Positions 1 through 15,082 of a stretch of 64,000 nucleotides of DNA are shown in pieces. Within the stretch, counting starts at the first letter, position 1, and each line of letters begins with the position of its first letter. This DNA is from Paecilomyces variotii. Its lineage: Eukaryota. The notes beneath the pieces are model-generated. The model was not told the origin of the DNA. It saw only the letters and a list, made by a program, of their open reading frames with translations, and ran no database searches. Where the stretch lies: the NCBI GenBank assembly GCA_004022145.1, contig RCNU01000025.1; one strand, written 5' to 3'. The position numbers were made by a program, and so were the translations under genes.

Positions 1-1699
1 GCTAAGGAATAAATTATATAAGTTTACGAATTAAATTACTTAAGGAGTTTAAGGGTAAGATTTATATATAGCTATAGTTTAAATCTTCTAGCAATTATTT
101 AAATATAAGTAATCTTTAATATAATATTCTAAGAAACTATAATAAAAATAAGTATTAGTCTTATAATATAATAAGCTATACTTTCTTTTATTTAAATATT
201 TAAAAGTACTTAAGTTTATAAGATTATATAGCTATATTAAGGCTAGCTTATCTCTCTATATAGGGTTTTTTTAAGGCTAACTATTAATTCTTATAATAGG
301 GATAAAGCTTAAAATAAATAAAAGAGACTAAATATATTAAGCAGGTTTTAAAATATTAGTATAAGTCTTTATAGTAAGAGGCTAGTTTACTATATACTAA
401 TAATAATAATTTTTAAAGTCTTATAAAAATTTAGTAAATTAATAATACTTATAACTTAAGGGCTAATTATATAATAATATTTCTTAGAGTTTTTAATTAA
501 TAGCTTACTTAAGTAAAATAAATAATATTTCTTTAAATATTTCTTTTTTTAATATTAAATGCTAAAATTTAATAAAGAAAATTTTAAATTTTTTATTAAT
601 TTAATAGAGGTTAAATAGTTTATTATATATATTATTTATATAATTAAAATTATTAAATATATACTTTAAGATATTTAAAATCTCTTAATAATTGCTAAGA
701 ATATAAGTTCTATCTCTAATATATAGTAATATTTAAGTATAAGATATATCTTTTAAATAATTAGTTATATAAGCTATATAGCTCTAGGGGATTAAGAATT
801 AGTCTTAATTAATTATTATTTTCTCTTAAATTAAGGCTATAAAGTACTAAAAGTCCATTTAATTATTCTTAAACTTATTTAAATTAAGAAATCTCTTTAA
901 AAATCTAGAGGTAAAGAAAAGTATAATAATAAATATTTTAAATGCTTTTATTAAAATAGCTATAAATCTTTTAATATTAAGCTTAAATTTAAATATAAAT
1001 ATAAATATATTTATAATAAAAGTAGCTATATAATACGCTTAATTTTTTTTAAGAATAGCCTAAATATATTATTATTTCTTTTTATTAAGCTATATCTCCT
1101 AATATTACTAAATAGTCTTAAGATTAATATTTTTTTATTTAAGCCTCTATTATATAGCTATAAACTCCTATTAAAATTTTTAGAATCTTATCTTAATTTA
1201 TTTAATATATTAGCTAGCTTTATTTATAAATAACTTAGCTCTAGTAATATATTTATATACTAGGCAATAATAATTATATTATTTTAGCTTATAGCTAATA
1301 ATAATATATTTAATAAACTCCCTTAAAATAATTAATAAGAATAGAGAAATTAGAGCAGATATTATTAATAATATTAACTCTTAAATAAAAGCTATATAAT
1401 ATTAAAATATAGGCTTAAAGAGCAGATTAAAATAAATAAAATAAGGTAATTAATATTAGAATTAGTTATAGAATCTTTATCTAGCTAATTTAAGCTAAAA
1501 TAAGCTATTACAGGCAGGCTTAGTAAATAAAATATAGCTTAAAGAGCTTAAATTTAGATTAAGCTATATATTAAAGATATCTTTATAAGGTTATATAACT
1601 TCTTATATAAGTATTAGCTAGTAGGTTAATTATTCTATTAAGATATCTTAGGGTAGCTTTTCTTAAAACTCTCTTATCTCTTATACTAATATTATAATA
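1..1699 (-). mobile_element. Ty3/Gypsy family C copy (5' LTR + gag), RIP-degraded, runs off the left window edge; inserted in Gypsy-A1
   Basis: The reverse complement of ~300-900 aligns by eye to gag of the element at 30408-36454 (about 31250-31800). 1400-1699 is the reverse complement of that element's LTR with a different U3 segment. Differences are mostly C>T/G>A. Confidence 0.85.
1400..1699 (-). repeat. 5' LTR (300 bp) of the left Gypsy-C copy
   Basis: Matches the reverse complement of 30408-30708 and 36154-36454 (e.g. taagctattacaggcaggcttag). Ends are TA..TA, i.e. RIPed TG..CA. Confidence 0.85.
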
Positions 1700-4600
1700 A
1701 TATATTAATTAATAAAATTAATTATTTTAAGCTAGTAATAGCAGAACTTTATTAATTATTATATTTTCCTATATTTTAAATAGGTAGTAAAGACTTAATA
1801 ATAGACTTTATCTAAGAGATATATTTATAAATCTCCTTAATTAAGAATAATTAATTGTTTATTATATAATAGAAGCCTATTTACTAATTAATATAAAGAA
1901 TTTTCTTAATCTATATTTTTATAGAATAATACTAAATCTATATTCTTATAGTTTTCTCTAAAGATTTTATCTATTAAAGTAAACTCTCTAATTAATATTA
2001 AAGCTAGAAGAATCTCCTGCTCTGCTAACTTCTTTTAAATCTATATATTTAAGATTTTAAGCTTTAATAGATACTAGATCTAGTATTAACTTATTTATTC
2101 TCTTTATTAGAAGATATTTCCTTCTTATTATAATAAGATATTAGCTAAAGTATTTAGCTTCTCTAGGTAATATTAAATTAAAAAATAATAATATAATAAG
2201 AACTTTGCCTATTAAGCCTATTTTAAATTTAATATTTTAGTAATTATAAAGTATTTAAGAGTATAATAATCTATTAAGATATTAAATAACTTATTTATTT
2301 ATAATTCTATAAGCTTTATATACTATTTCTTAAGGGCTTATATAATTATTAAGAGCTTCTTATTATAGATTAAATAATTATATTTAGCTAATACTATTAT
2401 CTTTAAGTAATAAGCTACTAAATATTAAAAGTTCTATTTATTTTCTTACTAAGTAAGTAATATAGCTATAATATTATTTAAAGTATTTATCTTAATATAT
2501 ATATTCTTATTAAGATTATAATTATATAAGATTAACGCTAATTAAAGTTATTCTTTTAATATTTTAAAAGCCTTATAATAGGTTTAATTAAAATTAAATA
2601 AATAATTCTCTTTAATTAAGTCTATTATTAGTTTTATAATATAATTATAATCTTTAATAAACCTCCTATAGAAATTATAGAAGCCTAAGAATAAATAGAC
2701 TTTATAGATTATTTTAAGCTATTTCTAATCTTAGATAATAATAATTTTCTTAAAGTTAACTTTAATATCTTTTATATTAATAATAAAACTAAGATATTTT
2801 ATCTATATAATATAGAACTTATATTTTTTAATATTAGCTTATAGACTAACTTTCTATAAATAGCATAATACCTTTTTTATTTAAAGTTAATATTTCTATT
2901 TATTATTAGAATAAATTAAGATATTATTTAAATAAATACTTATATAGTTATTAAGCAGGTTAAAAAAGAGATTATTTATATATTATTAGAATATAGCCGG
3001 TCTATTAATAAGATTAAAAGGAAGTATTTAATATTTATAAATCTTATATTTTATATAGAAAGTTATTAAAGCTTTTAAATTAAAATCTATTTAAATCTTA
3101 TAAAATATTTATTAAATATTTAGCTTTATAAAGATTTTAGCTTAGCTAACTTTAATTAGGGTTTTATTAATTAATAGTAAGAGATAATAATTCTTCTTTA
3201 TAATAATATTTAGATAATAATAATTAATATAAAATTATAGTTCTCTATTTACCTTCTTTATAAAAAAAATAAGTAAAGTAAATAACTTTTAGCTAAGTAT
3301 AATAAAATCCTTTTTTAAATTATTAATTAAATATACTTTTAATATCTATAACTTTTTTAGTAATTATTTATAAAGAGATTAATATCTTAAAAGAATTTCC
3401 CCTTTAAGTTTTATCTTATAGTTATAGGGTTAGTAAAAAGATAGTTTATTTAATACTTACTTAGAGAAAATATTTAAGAAATCTTTATAAACTATAAGAA
3501 GATATTTATAAATTAGCTTTAAAAGTTCTTATTCTTCTTATATAACTAAGAACTTTTATTTAATAATTTTATTAATCTTATATAGGCTAATAGTAAAGAC
3601 TTTTATATCTTTCTTATATAACGCTTATTAAAATCTCTTAGCTTCTATATATATAATATTTAATATTTTCTTTATATCTATTATTAAAGAATATAGTTTT
3701 ATAATTATTAAAGGTAAGAGATTAAATTAATCTCTTAATTTATATTGCATTTTTATTAGAGCTAATTAAATATTAACTTATTTAATTTATAGCGGCTAAT
3801 AATAAGGAGAATTTTCTTATTTTAAAATTTAAATCTATTTCTTTATTTATTAATCTCTTCTATTAATATCTTATTAATATTTAGGGTTTAAAAATAGCTT
3901 TATTAAGTTCTCCTTTATAGTAATTAGCTCCTATTAAAATTAATAAATTTATAGATTATTATATAGCTAAATTAATTATTAATTTTAAGTATTTAAGAGA
4001 ATAAACTCTTTAGCTATTTACTTTTATCTAAGAATTAAATTATAATAATTTAAGTTAATAACTAGTATTAAAAGGTTTAAATAGATTTTCTTATTAATCT
4101 TTAAGTTAGTAATAAATATATAGCCTATTTATTCTCTAGTTCTATTATTATAGCTATTAATAAATATAAATTAGCTTAAAGGTTTTAAAAAAGTATTTAA
4201 GAATTAAGTAATTAATAGGACTAATAAGCTATTAAGAAAATAAAGCCTATTTATTTTAAAATCTAATAAGATAAAGAGCTTAATACTATATTTATTCTTA
4301 TAAATTAAGCTAAGTTTAATAAGGTAATTACTATTTAAGAGGTAACTAAGATTAATCTCTGCTAATTCCCTATTAACCTCTAGATTAAAGTCTTAACTTA
4401 AGAGTTAGCTTTTTTTAAGTCCTGTTTATTCTCCTTTTTATAATCTTTAAATTTTTAATATTTACTATTACTTTTTTTAATAGGTAATTAGTAATAAAAT
4501 ACTCCTTTATTTTATAAAAAAAGCACTTTTTTTTTATAAGAGTCTTATAGTTAATAATAGAGATTTTAATATTAGTTTTAAGAATAGATAAACTATTATT

Positions 4601-6014
4601 AGATTAGTTAAATAAAGTCTAAAAAGAAGTTTTTATATTTAAGTTCTTATTTTAACTAGCTTTATAATTATCTTTATTATTTTTTTAAAGAATATAAATA
4701 GCTTAATAATAAATATCTTTAAAATTATTAAAATCCTTAATTTAATAATACTAGCTAGTAATAAAACTTCTAAGAGATAAGGTAATCTTATTATATATCT
4801 TAGGTTAGTAATTATTAAGATAAATACCCGCTTCTTTTATTAGCCTTATAAACTTTATAAAAAAATTATTATATTTCTAGTATATCTTTATATATAGATT
4901 AGTAAATTAATATCTTATAGTCTATTATTAATTTAAGTTATAGAATATAGCTTAAAGATAATTAAATATTTCTTTAGCTATTTAAAAGAGAAGGTTTAAA
5001 TTTTTATAAAATCTTAAAAATATATAAATTATAGTCTTTTTATTTAGGCGGCTCTAAATATATATAATATAAAAATATTTACTTCTATAATAATTAATAT
5101 TTATTTTTAGCTTATTCTTAATCTATAATAGCTAATTATTAAATTTAAAATCCTTTCTATTAATAAAAAAGAGAAAGTTAAGTAATTTAATAGAATACTA
5201 AGGCTATTTATCTCTAAATCTTAAAATACTCTTATATTTAAGATAAAGGGCTATATTAATAAGAGCCTCTTTATATTCTTCTTATTCTTAAATAAGTTCT
5301 ATAACTTATCATTTTATCTCTATTATATAATATTTCTTTTAATAGATTTATTAAGTAAGATTATAATTATATTTAATTTTATATTAGTTTAAGTATTTAA
5401 TATATTTTAAGTTATTAACCTTTTTTAGAAGAGTAGTAATAATATAATATTATATATTCTAGATTTTAATAGGGTTTTCTTTAAGAAGCTTCTAAAACTT
5501 ATTCTAGAAGAGTTTAATTAATTTATTATCTTAATAGAATAAGATATAATAATTATTAGTTCTTTTTTTTAATTCTTAATTAAACTATATATTATAATCC
5601 TTAAGATTACCTTAAAGATATTTAGATTTATTAGTAAACTTTATTATAGTAAAGGCCTAATTTAAAATCTAGTATTTAATATTAAATAAGTTTTATAAGT
5701 AATAAAGTATACTTAAGTAAAAAACCTTATAAGAATAAAATAAAATAAGATAATAAAATAAGCTTAAAGTAATATTATACTTAAGCAGATTAAATTAGAT
5801 TTATTAAAACTCTAATCTAGTAAGGTAATATAATAAAGAACTTTAAACTAGAGAGAGAAAAAGAAAAGAATTTAAGAAAGAAATCTTAATTCTTTTATTT
5901 ATAGAATTCTTTATTTTTTAACTGCTTCTAAATAGTATAAGCAGTTAAGAGTTTTACTAGTTAATCTCTTGCTCTATCTTCTTACTAGGTAAATACTAAG
6001 TTAATGCTATAATA
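1700..6014 (-). mobile_element. Ty3/Gypsy family A copy 1 (5' LTR ~5728-6014, gag, protease, RT, RNase H, start of integrase), RIP-degraded
   Basis: The minus strand has a YLDD-like RT motif at ~2920-2940. 1700-5240 is colinear with the fragments of copy A2 (7085-7352, 7635-9802, 15083-15571, 37102-37727). LTR limits are inferred from termini only, as no second copy is in the window. Confidence 0.8.
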
Positions 6015-7352
6015 ATATCTCTTTTAAATAGCTTTATATTAAAGATATTTATATTTAATTTAAATAGCTAAAATTTTATTAACTTTTTATTTTAATTTAC
6101 CTTAAATCTTAATTAATAGAGGTTTTTTATAGACTTAATATAAGATTATTTAATACTTATTAAAGGTAATTTAAAGAAAAGATTAAGTAAATCTTTATAA
6201 TATTAAGAAATTTTAGCTTTTAAATATTTTTTATCTTCTTAAAGATTTTAAAAGAACTCTTTATTTAATTACTAAACTTTTATAAAGGTTAATTAAATAT
6301 TTAATTTATAAGTTTAATAAAAACTTTATTACTAATATTAAAGTTAATCTCTTAATAATATTTATTAGCTTATTTCTTTTATTATTCTTAAGCTTTCTTA
6401 ATAAAGGTTTTTATTATCTTCTAGATCTATTAAAGCTAATATATCTATTATTAAGCTTTAGTTTAATTAGCCTTTTCTAATATTAAAGTAAATTATAGTA
6501 TTAAGCACTAGTTAAATAAAATATAGAGCTTATATCTATATTTAACTATAAATAAAGATATTCTTATAGATTTTTAAGTTAATATTACTGCTATAAAATT
6601 AATTATTAAGAAATAATTTAACTAGTTATTCTAATAATAGCTAATATAAGGCTATAGTCTCTAGGCTATATATTAGTTTAAAACCTTTATCTATCTGTTT
6701 ATTTAAAGATATATAGTTAAAAAGAGCTTTAACTTTACTTCTAGCAGTAAATAAAATTTATCTTAAAAATTTAAAATAAATTATAATTCTTAATTAAAAA
6801 TTATTATATTAAGAGCGCCCTTATAATAATATATATACTTAAAGAAAATCTTAGCTATAGTTTATACTATAGCTATATTATAATAAGGAATAAAAATAAA
6901 ATACTTATTAAAATAGTTAACTATAGTAAATATTATATTATAATTATATTTATCCTTTAAGAAATATTAAAAATTTATTAAAATATATTATTATAATTAT
7001 TTAAGAATAAATAATAGTTAAAATAATTTTAATAAGAGGTTTTAAAGGTTTTTAATTTAATAGTAAGTTAAATAATTATTAATATACTAATTAATAAAAC
7101 TAATTATTTAAAGCTAGTAATAGTAAGACTTTATTAATTATAATATCTTTTAATATTTAAAATAAGCTATAAAGACTTAATAATAAACTTTATTTAAAAG
7201 ATATATTTATAATCTCTTTAATTAAAAATAATTAATTATTTACTATATAATAAGAGCCTATTTATTAATTAATATAAAGAATTTTTTTAACTTATAGCTT
7301 TATAGAATAATACTAGTTTAATATTTTTACAGTTTTCTCTAAAGATCTTATT

Positions 7353-7634
7353 AGTTAAAAAGAATAAGTTTAAATAGATTCTCTAGACTATTATATTAGC
7401 TTAAGTAAGTATAATACTTAGAGAAAAAGAATATTAGCTTATAGTATAGACTTAAAGCTATATTTTTAATATATATTCTTTAAGATAATAAAATAATAAA
7501 AAGAAAAGCTTAAGAATAAATTCTTTTAAATCTTTAATTTAACTATAATAAAATTATAATAATTATATAACTCTTAATTTAACTATAATAAGAATATAAT
7601 AGTTATATAAAGTCTTAACTGCTATTTTATAATA
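7353..7634 (-). repeat. Solo LTR of Copia family 1 (282 bp)
   Basis: Reverse complement of LTR 9803-10081. Flanked by a 5-bp TSD ttatt/ttatc (one C>T) and absent from the equivalent position of Gypsy-A1. Confidence 0.85.
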
Positions 7635-9802
7635 TTATCTATTAAAATAAACTTTTTAGTTAATATTAAAGCTAAAAGAATCTCTTATTTTATTAACTCT
7701 TTTTAAATCTATATATTTAAGATCTTAAGCTCTAGTAAACGCTAAGGTTAATATTAGTTTATTTATTTCTTTTATTAAGAGATATTCTCTTCTTATTAGA
7801 ATAAAATATTAACTAAAGTATTTAACTTTTTAAGGCAATATTAAATTAAGAAATAATAATATAATAAGAGCTTTACCTATTAAGCTTATTTTAAATTTAA
7901 TATTTTAATAATTATAAAGTATTTAAAAATATAATAATTTATTAAAATATTAAATAACTTATTTATCTATAACTCTATAAGCTCTATATATTATTCTTTA
8001 AGGGCTTATATAATTACTAAGAGCTTCTTATTATAAATTAAATAATTATATTTAATTAATACTATTATCTTTAAATAATAAGCTATTAAATATTAAGGGT
8101 TTTATTTATCTTTTTACTAAGTAAATATAGTAGCTATAATATTATTTAAAGCATTTATTTTAATATATATATTCTTATTAAAATTATAATTATATAAGAT
8201 TAATATTAATTAAAGGTATTTTTTTAATATTTTAAAAGCCTTATAGTATATTTAATTAAAATTAAATAGATAATTTTCTTTAATTAAATTTATTATTAGT
8301 CTTATAATATAACTATAGTCTTTAATAAATCTCCTATAAAAGTTATAGAAACTTAAGAATAAATAAACCTTATAGATTATTTTAAGCTATTCTTAATCTT
8401 AAATAATTATAACTTTCTTAAAATTAACTTTAATATCTTTTATACTAATAATAAAACTAAAATATTTTATTTATATAATATAGAACTTATACTTTTTAAT
8501 ATTAGCTTATAGACTAGCCTTTTATAGATAAGATAATATCTTTTTTATTTAATTTTTTATTTAAAGTTAGTATTTTTATTAATTATTAAAATAAATTAAA
8601 ATATTATTCAAATAAATATTTATATAATTATTAAATAGGTTAAAGAAGAGATTATTTATATAATATTAAAATATAGCTAATCTATTAGTAAGTCTAAAAA
8701 AATACTTAATATTTATAAATCTTATATTTTATATAGAAAATTATTAAAGCTTTTAAATTAAAGTTTATTTAAATTCTATAAAAAGCTTATTAAATATTTA
8801 GCTTTATAAAGATTTTAGCTTAATTAATTTTAGCTAAAGTTTTATTAATTAGTAATAAAAGATAATAATCTTTTTTTATAATAATATTTAAATAGTAATA
8901 ATTAATATAGAATTATAGTTTTCTATTTACTTTCTTTATAAAAAAAATAAATAAGGTAAAAAACTTCTAGCTAAATATAATAAAGTCTTTCTTTAAGTTA
9001 TTAATTAAATATACCTTTAGTATCTATAATTCTTCTAGTAATTATTTATAAAAAAGTTAATATCTTAAGGGAATTTTTCCTTTAAATTCTATTTTATAAT
9101 TATAGGGCTAGTAAAAAGGTAATTTATTTAATATTTACTTAAAAAAGATATTAGAGAAGTTTTTATAGACTATAAAAAATATTTATAAATTAGCTCTAGA
9201 AGTTCTTATTTTTTTTATATAATTAAAGACTTTTATCTAATAATTTTATTAATCTTATATAAGCTAATAGTAAAAACTTTTATATCTTTCTTATATAATA
9301 TTTATTAAAATCTCTTAGCTTCTATATATATAATATTTAATATTTTCTTTATATTTATTATTAAAGAATATAACTATAATTATTAAAGATAAAAGATTAA
9401 ATTAATCTCTTAACTTATATTATATTTTAGTTAAAGCTAATTAAGTATTAACTTATTTAATTTATAATAGCTAGTAATAGAAGAAATTCTCTTATTTTAA
9501 AATCTAAATCTATTTCTCTATTTATTAATCTCTTCTATTAATATTTTATTAATATTTAAGGTTAAGAAATAGCCTTATTAAATCCTTTTTTATAGTAATT
9601 AACTCTTATTAGAATTAATAAGTTTATAAATTATTCTATAGCTAAATTTATTATTAATTTTAAATATTTAAAAGAATAAACTCTTTAGCTATTTATTTTT
9701 ATTTAAAGATTAAATTATAATAATCTAGATTAATAATTAGTATAAAAAGGTTTAAATAAATTCTTTTATTAATCTTTAAGTTAGTAATAAATATATAGTC
9801 TA

Positions 9803-12800
9803 TATTATAAAATAGCAGTTAAGACTTTATATAACTATTATATTCTTATTATAATTAGATTAAAAGTTATATAATTATTATAATCTTACTATAATTAAAT
9901 TAAGGATTTAGAATTTATTCTTAAGCTCTCTTTTTTACTATTTTATTATCTTAAAGAATATATATTAATAATATAGCTTTATATCTATATTATAAGCTAA
10001 TATTCTTTTTTCTTAAATATTATATTTACTTAAGCTAATATAATAGTTTAGGGAATTTATTTAAACTTATTCTTTTTAACTAGTTATAAGCCTAAGTTAA
10101 TAAGAACTTAAGAAAATAATATAAAACTTTTTATTAAGATTATAGAATTTAAAATAATAACTATTAAATACTCTTATAAGAGAGATATTATAATAAGACT
10201 ACTTTAATACTTATTCTATAAATATTAAATCTAATAAGTATTAAAACTTATTAATAATTAGAGAATTAATTAAATTACTTTATATATAGATAAGAATATT
10301 CTCTATTAATAATTTTAATAATTAAAAAGAGAGACTAATTCTTACTCTTTCTAGAGAAAATTATAAAAAATAGTTTATTTATATAAAGAAATAGCTTATT
10401 AGTAAAGACTATTAAGATATTATTAAATATTAATAATAAAATAGTAATCTATTATAAGAGAAAAATAATATAATAATATAATATTAAATTATAAAATACT
10501 TATTTAAGAATAATTAAAATAAATATATTAAAGATATAACTATTAAAGCACTATAAAATTATTTTAAGAGATAATATAAGAAGACTTAGCCTGCTTAATA
10601 ATACTAACTTATTTAATTATTTATTAATTTTAAAATAATACTTAGATAAATTATTATTAATATATTAAGGTAATTATAATAAATAAAAAAGAAGATAATA
10701 GCTTATAATATTATTATATCTTTTTTAAATTAAATTTAAAGCTAAGATTTAATATCTATTCTCTAGTTTATTTAATAAATATACTATTATTAGAATAATA
10801 ATTAATACTTAAAAATATCTAGGAGTAAAAAATATTTTAGCTATTCTTAAGGAAGTAAAAGCTAAATTCTAAGCTTTTTTATTAAATATATTTTATATAA
10901 AAAAATAAAAACCTATTAAATACTATATATATAAAAAAAACTATTTTATTAAAAACTGCCTATAATAACTTATAGCTTAATAAGCTGCTTAAAATACTTA
11001 AAGATAGAGAAAGAAATCTTTAAAAAGCTTATCTCTATTTATAAATTAAAAATTAATAGAAATAATAATTAAGCTATTTTAAGAAATATAATTCTTAAAA
11101 AAAAAGATCTTAAAAAAGAAAATAAAAGGCTTATAAAATAAAGAAAATTTTTAATATTAAGTTATTATATTTAAAGCCTAATTTAATTATATTAAATAAT
11201 TAAGTCTCTTATAAAATAGCTTATCTCTTAAAAGATATTACTAATAAGAATTTATTTTAATAATATATAAATAATAATACTAGTTTATATATAATTAATA
11301 AAAACTATTATTTTAAAGGACTATTAATTTAAATTTAATTAAGATATATTTATATAGGCGAAGAGATCTTATATTTAGAATATATAGAAATAGCTATTTT
11401 AAGAGATAAAGATAAGAAGATATTAAAACTAGAGAATATATTACTTATATTAAATTTTAGATAAATCTCTTATTAATTAAGATATTCTGCTAATATTTAA
11501 ATATATGCAGATATTTTAATTAAAGAATAATATCTATATTAAATAAATTAAATAAGGTTATAATTTAAAGTATTATTAAATATAGAGTTTATATTATTAA
11601 AAAGATTTTCCTAGATTAAATATTAAAATTATAATATATATTATATATATTATTATCTGTTAAAAATGCCTTTAATACTACTATTATAAGCTAAAAGAAA
11701 GAATCTCTTTAAATTAAAGCTATTTAATTAGTTTCTTAGAATAAATCTAAAGAATCTTATTATAGTAAGAAAAAAGAATAAAAAAATATTAGCTATAATA
11801 TAAAAAGATTAGCTATCTTAAACTTAAAAAAGTAAGAAACTTATATAATTTAATTATATTAAAAAAGCCTATTAAAGTAGTAATAAACTATTAGTATATA
11901 ACTTATATTATAATTAATATTAAGAATAAAAGAAATATAACTAATATATAAAAGGCTAGTATTTTTTAAACTTATTTATATAGATATATATAATTAAATG
12001 CTAGAGTTTAAAGATAAATATATTTACTTTTTAATAGTTATAAATAATTATTTAAAAAAAATATAGATATTTTTTATAAAAGCTAAATCTAATATTACTC
12101 TTATCTTAAATAAATAGAAAAAAAAAGTTAAAATAATAATAGGCTTTAAAATTCTTAGTATATAATTAGATAATATATTAAAACTTAAAAATTTTTTAAG
12201 ATTTAGAGAAAGAATTTTAGCATTTATTATTAGCTAATAGTTTTATATATATTAATTTAGAATAAAGCTATAAAATAAACCTATTAAATTATTAAAAAAG
12301 GAATAAAAGCTATATTTAAAAATTTAAATCTTCAATTTAAGCTATAAGTAGAGGCTACTTAAGCTAATATATATATTAAAAATAGAGTATTAAATAAATT
12401 AATAATTAATAGTATTTAAATAATTTTAAAGAAAGCCTTTATTAAAATTAAATTATTAATTAATTATCTATAAGTATAAAGATATTAAATAGTTTTATAT
12501 ATAAATCTAGAATTTTTATTATAAGGTATATAAAGAGATAAATTAATAAATTAAGATAAGATTTATATTTTTATAAAGTATATTAAGAGAATAAATAAAT
12601 AATAAAAAGTTTAAGCCTTAAATATATAAAAGATTATTAAAACCTATTAGATTAAATTCTTTAAAAATAAATTAAGTAATAATTTAAATCTAAGAATTCT
12701 CTAAAGATTAATATTAAATATAATATTAATAAGAAATTTAAGAGATTAGCTAGTAATTTAGCTTATTGCTTTATCTTTTCTTATTAGATTAAATATATAT

Positions 12801-15082
12801 ATATATATTCTTAAATAAAAAAAGATAATAATAATAATTAAAAGGAGAATTATAAAAATTTTTTAATATTCCTTTAAATAAAAAATAAAGCTTTCTAATA
12901 AAAAAATAAAAGATTTTTTTATAATAAAATAAAGAAATAAGAGAAATATTATTCTTATTTAAATAATTTAAATAATTATAAAGATTTATAAATAATATTC
13001 TTATTTTAGCTAAATAGATAAGTTATATCTTATATAAAAATCTTATATATAATAAAGTATAAAAGGGAGAAATATAAGTTAATAAAAAATAAGTATAAGT
13101 TTAAGCTATTTAAGGCAATGCTTATATTAAATCTCTTAACCTTAGGTATTAATATAAACTAAGAGAAGTATATAAAATAAGCCTTAATAGCAATATATAT
13201 AATAAAGGAATATATTTTAATTCTAAATTTATATTATATTATAATTAATAACTTAATTTAAATTAAGTTATAATAAAGTATATTTTAAAATAAAATAAAT
13301 ATACTTTAAATAAATAATACTTTTAAAATAGTTATATTATTATTAGGGGCTAATATTATAATTAGCTATTAAGTATTAGCTATAAAATATAATTTAAATA
13401 ACTTTCTTTAAAAACTTAAAATATACTTAATTACTTAAAGATTTATTTAGAAATATAATATTAATTTTAAGTATATCTTTATTTCTATCTTATATTATAA
13501 TATATTATAGATTTTTTTTAGCTATTATTATAATAGAAGATTATAAGTATTATATAATAAATATTAATAATATTTTTATAGAGTTAATATTAAAAAAAGA
13601 GATTTATATAATAGTTTTATTAAGAATAAATATATTATTAGAGATAATATTTAAAGTCCTTTAATCTTTATATAGCTTAAAACAGGTAATAAAAGATTAG
13701 AATTAGATTTATATAAAGATATTCTAGATAATAGATTTTATATAAACTAATATTAATCTATACTTATTATAGCACCTAGAGAAAGAGATTTTAATCTTAA
13801 TATATATTAATAATATTTTAATTAGTATAAAATAAATAAAGAATATTAACTAATTTAAATAGTAGTTTAAAATAATATATAAAATAAAGGATTTAAGAGA
13901 AGTAAAAAAGATCTTTAATATATAAATTATTTAAAATAAGAAAGACTAAATATTAATAATAGATTAATCTTATTATATTAAAGAACTCTTATTAAAATAT
14001 AAAATAAGTAAAAAAAGATATATTTAGTTAATATCCTATTAAATAGATATAATTATTTAAAGCTATTTAGCCTTTAAGATAAAAGAGTAAATTAAAGAGA
14101 GTATTAGAGAATTATTAATAGCCTTATTTATTTAATAATCTTAATAAGACTAGATATTATATTTACAGTTAGTAAATTAAATTAATACTTATTAAATTTA
14201 TTTAAAAGATACTTTAAAGTATTAAAATCCTTAATAAAATATTTTTAATTAAGTATATATCTTAGTCTTAAGTTTAATATAAATAAGAACTAGTAACTTA
14301 TTAAATACTTAGATTTTAATTATATAATAAATAAATCTAACTAGATATTAATTTTAAAGAATATTTTTACTTTAATTAATTATTTAATAAGCTAATTAAA
14401 TAAAAAATAAAAGTTTATTATAATCTTAACTATAGAAGTAATATATATAGCTATATATTAAGCTATAAAATAATCTTAATAATTAGCCCTTTTTTTAAGA
14501 GATATAGAATATAAATATTATATTAGTTTAAATAAGTTTAAACTAATAATAAAAAAAGAATAAATCTTTATTATAAGCTCTTTAGTTAAAGTCTTTAAGA
14601 ATAATTAAATATTATTATTATTAGTTAAAAATGCCTATATTTATAAAAGATTAAAATATATTAATATTATATATTACTATATATAAGACTTATATTAAAA
14701 AAATAAAATTAATATAAAGTTTATTTAAATATAAGATATAATAATAAATAGCTTTATTAAGCTACTATTAAAGATAAACTTCTTAAGATTTTTAAATTAG
14801 TTAAAATTAACTAATATAATAAATTTAAATTAAGAAGAAGTATTATAAAATAGCAGTTAGAACTTTATATAACTATTATAATCTTATTATAATTAAATTA
14901 AAGATTTAAAAGAATTTATTCTTAAGCTTCTCTTTTTACTATTTTATTATTTTAAAAAATATATATTAATAATATAGCTTTATATCTATACTATAAGCTA
15001 ATATTCTTTCTCCTTAAATATTATACCTACTTAAGCTAGTATAATAATCTAGAGAACTTATTTAAACCTATTCTTTTTAACT
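9803..15082 (+). mobile_element. Full-length Ty1/Copia element 1, RIP-degraded
   Basis: LTRs 9803-10081 and 14841-15082. PBS agttataagcc (RIPed ggttatgagcc) follows the 5' LTR and a purine tract precedes the 3' LTR. Domain order is integrase (~12160) - RT YVDD (~13800) - RNase H KHIDxxYH (~14650). TSD gtcta/atata (imperfect). Confidence 0.9.

Noticed and set aside
5728-6014. Tandem Gypsy-A pair sharing one central LTR
   Set aside because: The apparent PPT beside the LTR is the WKGY codons of an interrupted chromodomain, so nested insertion fits better.
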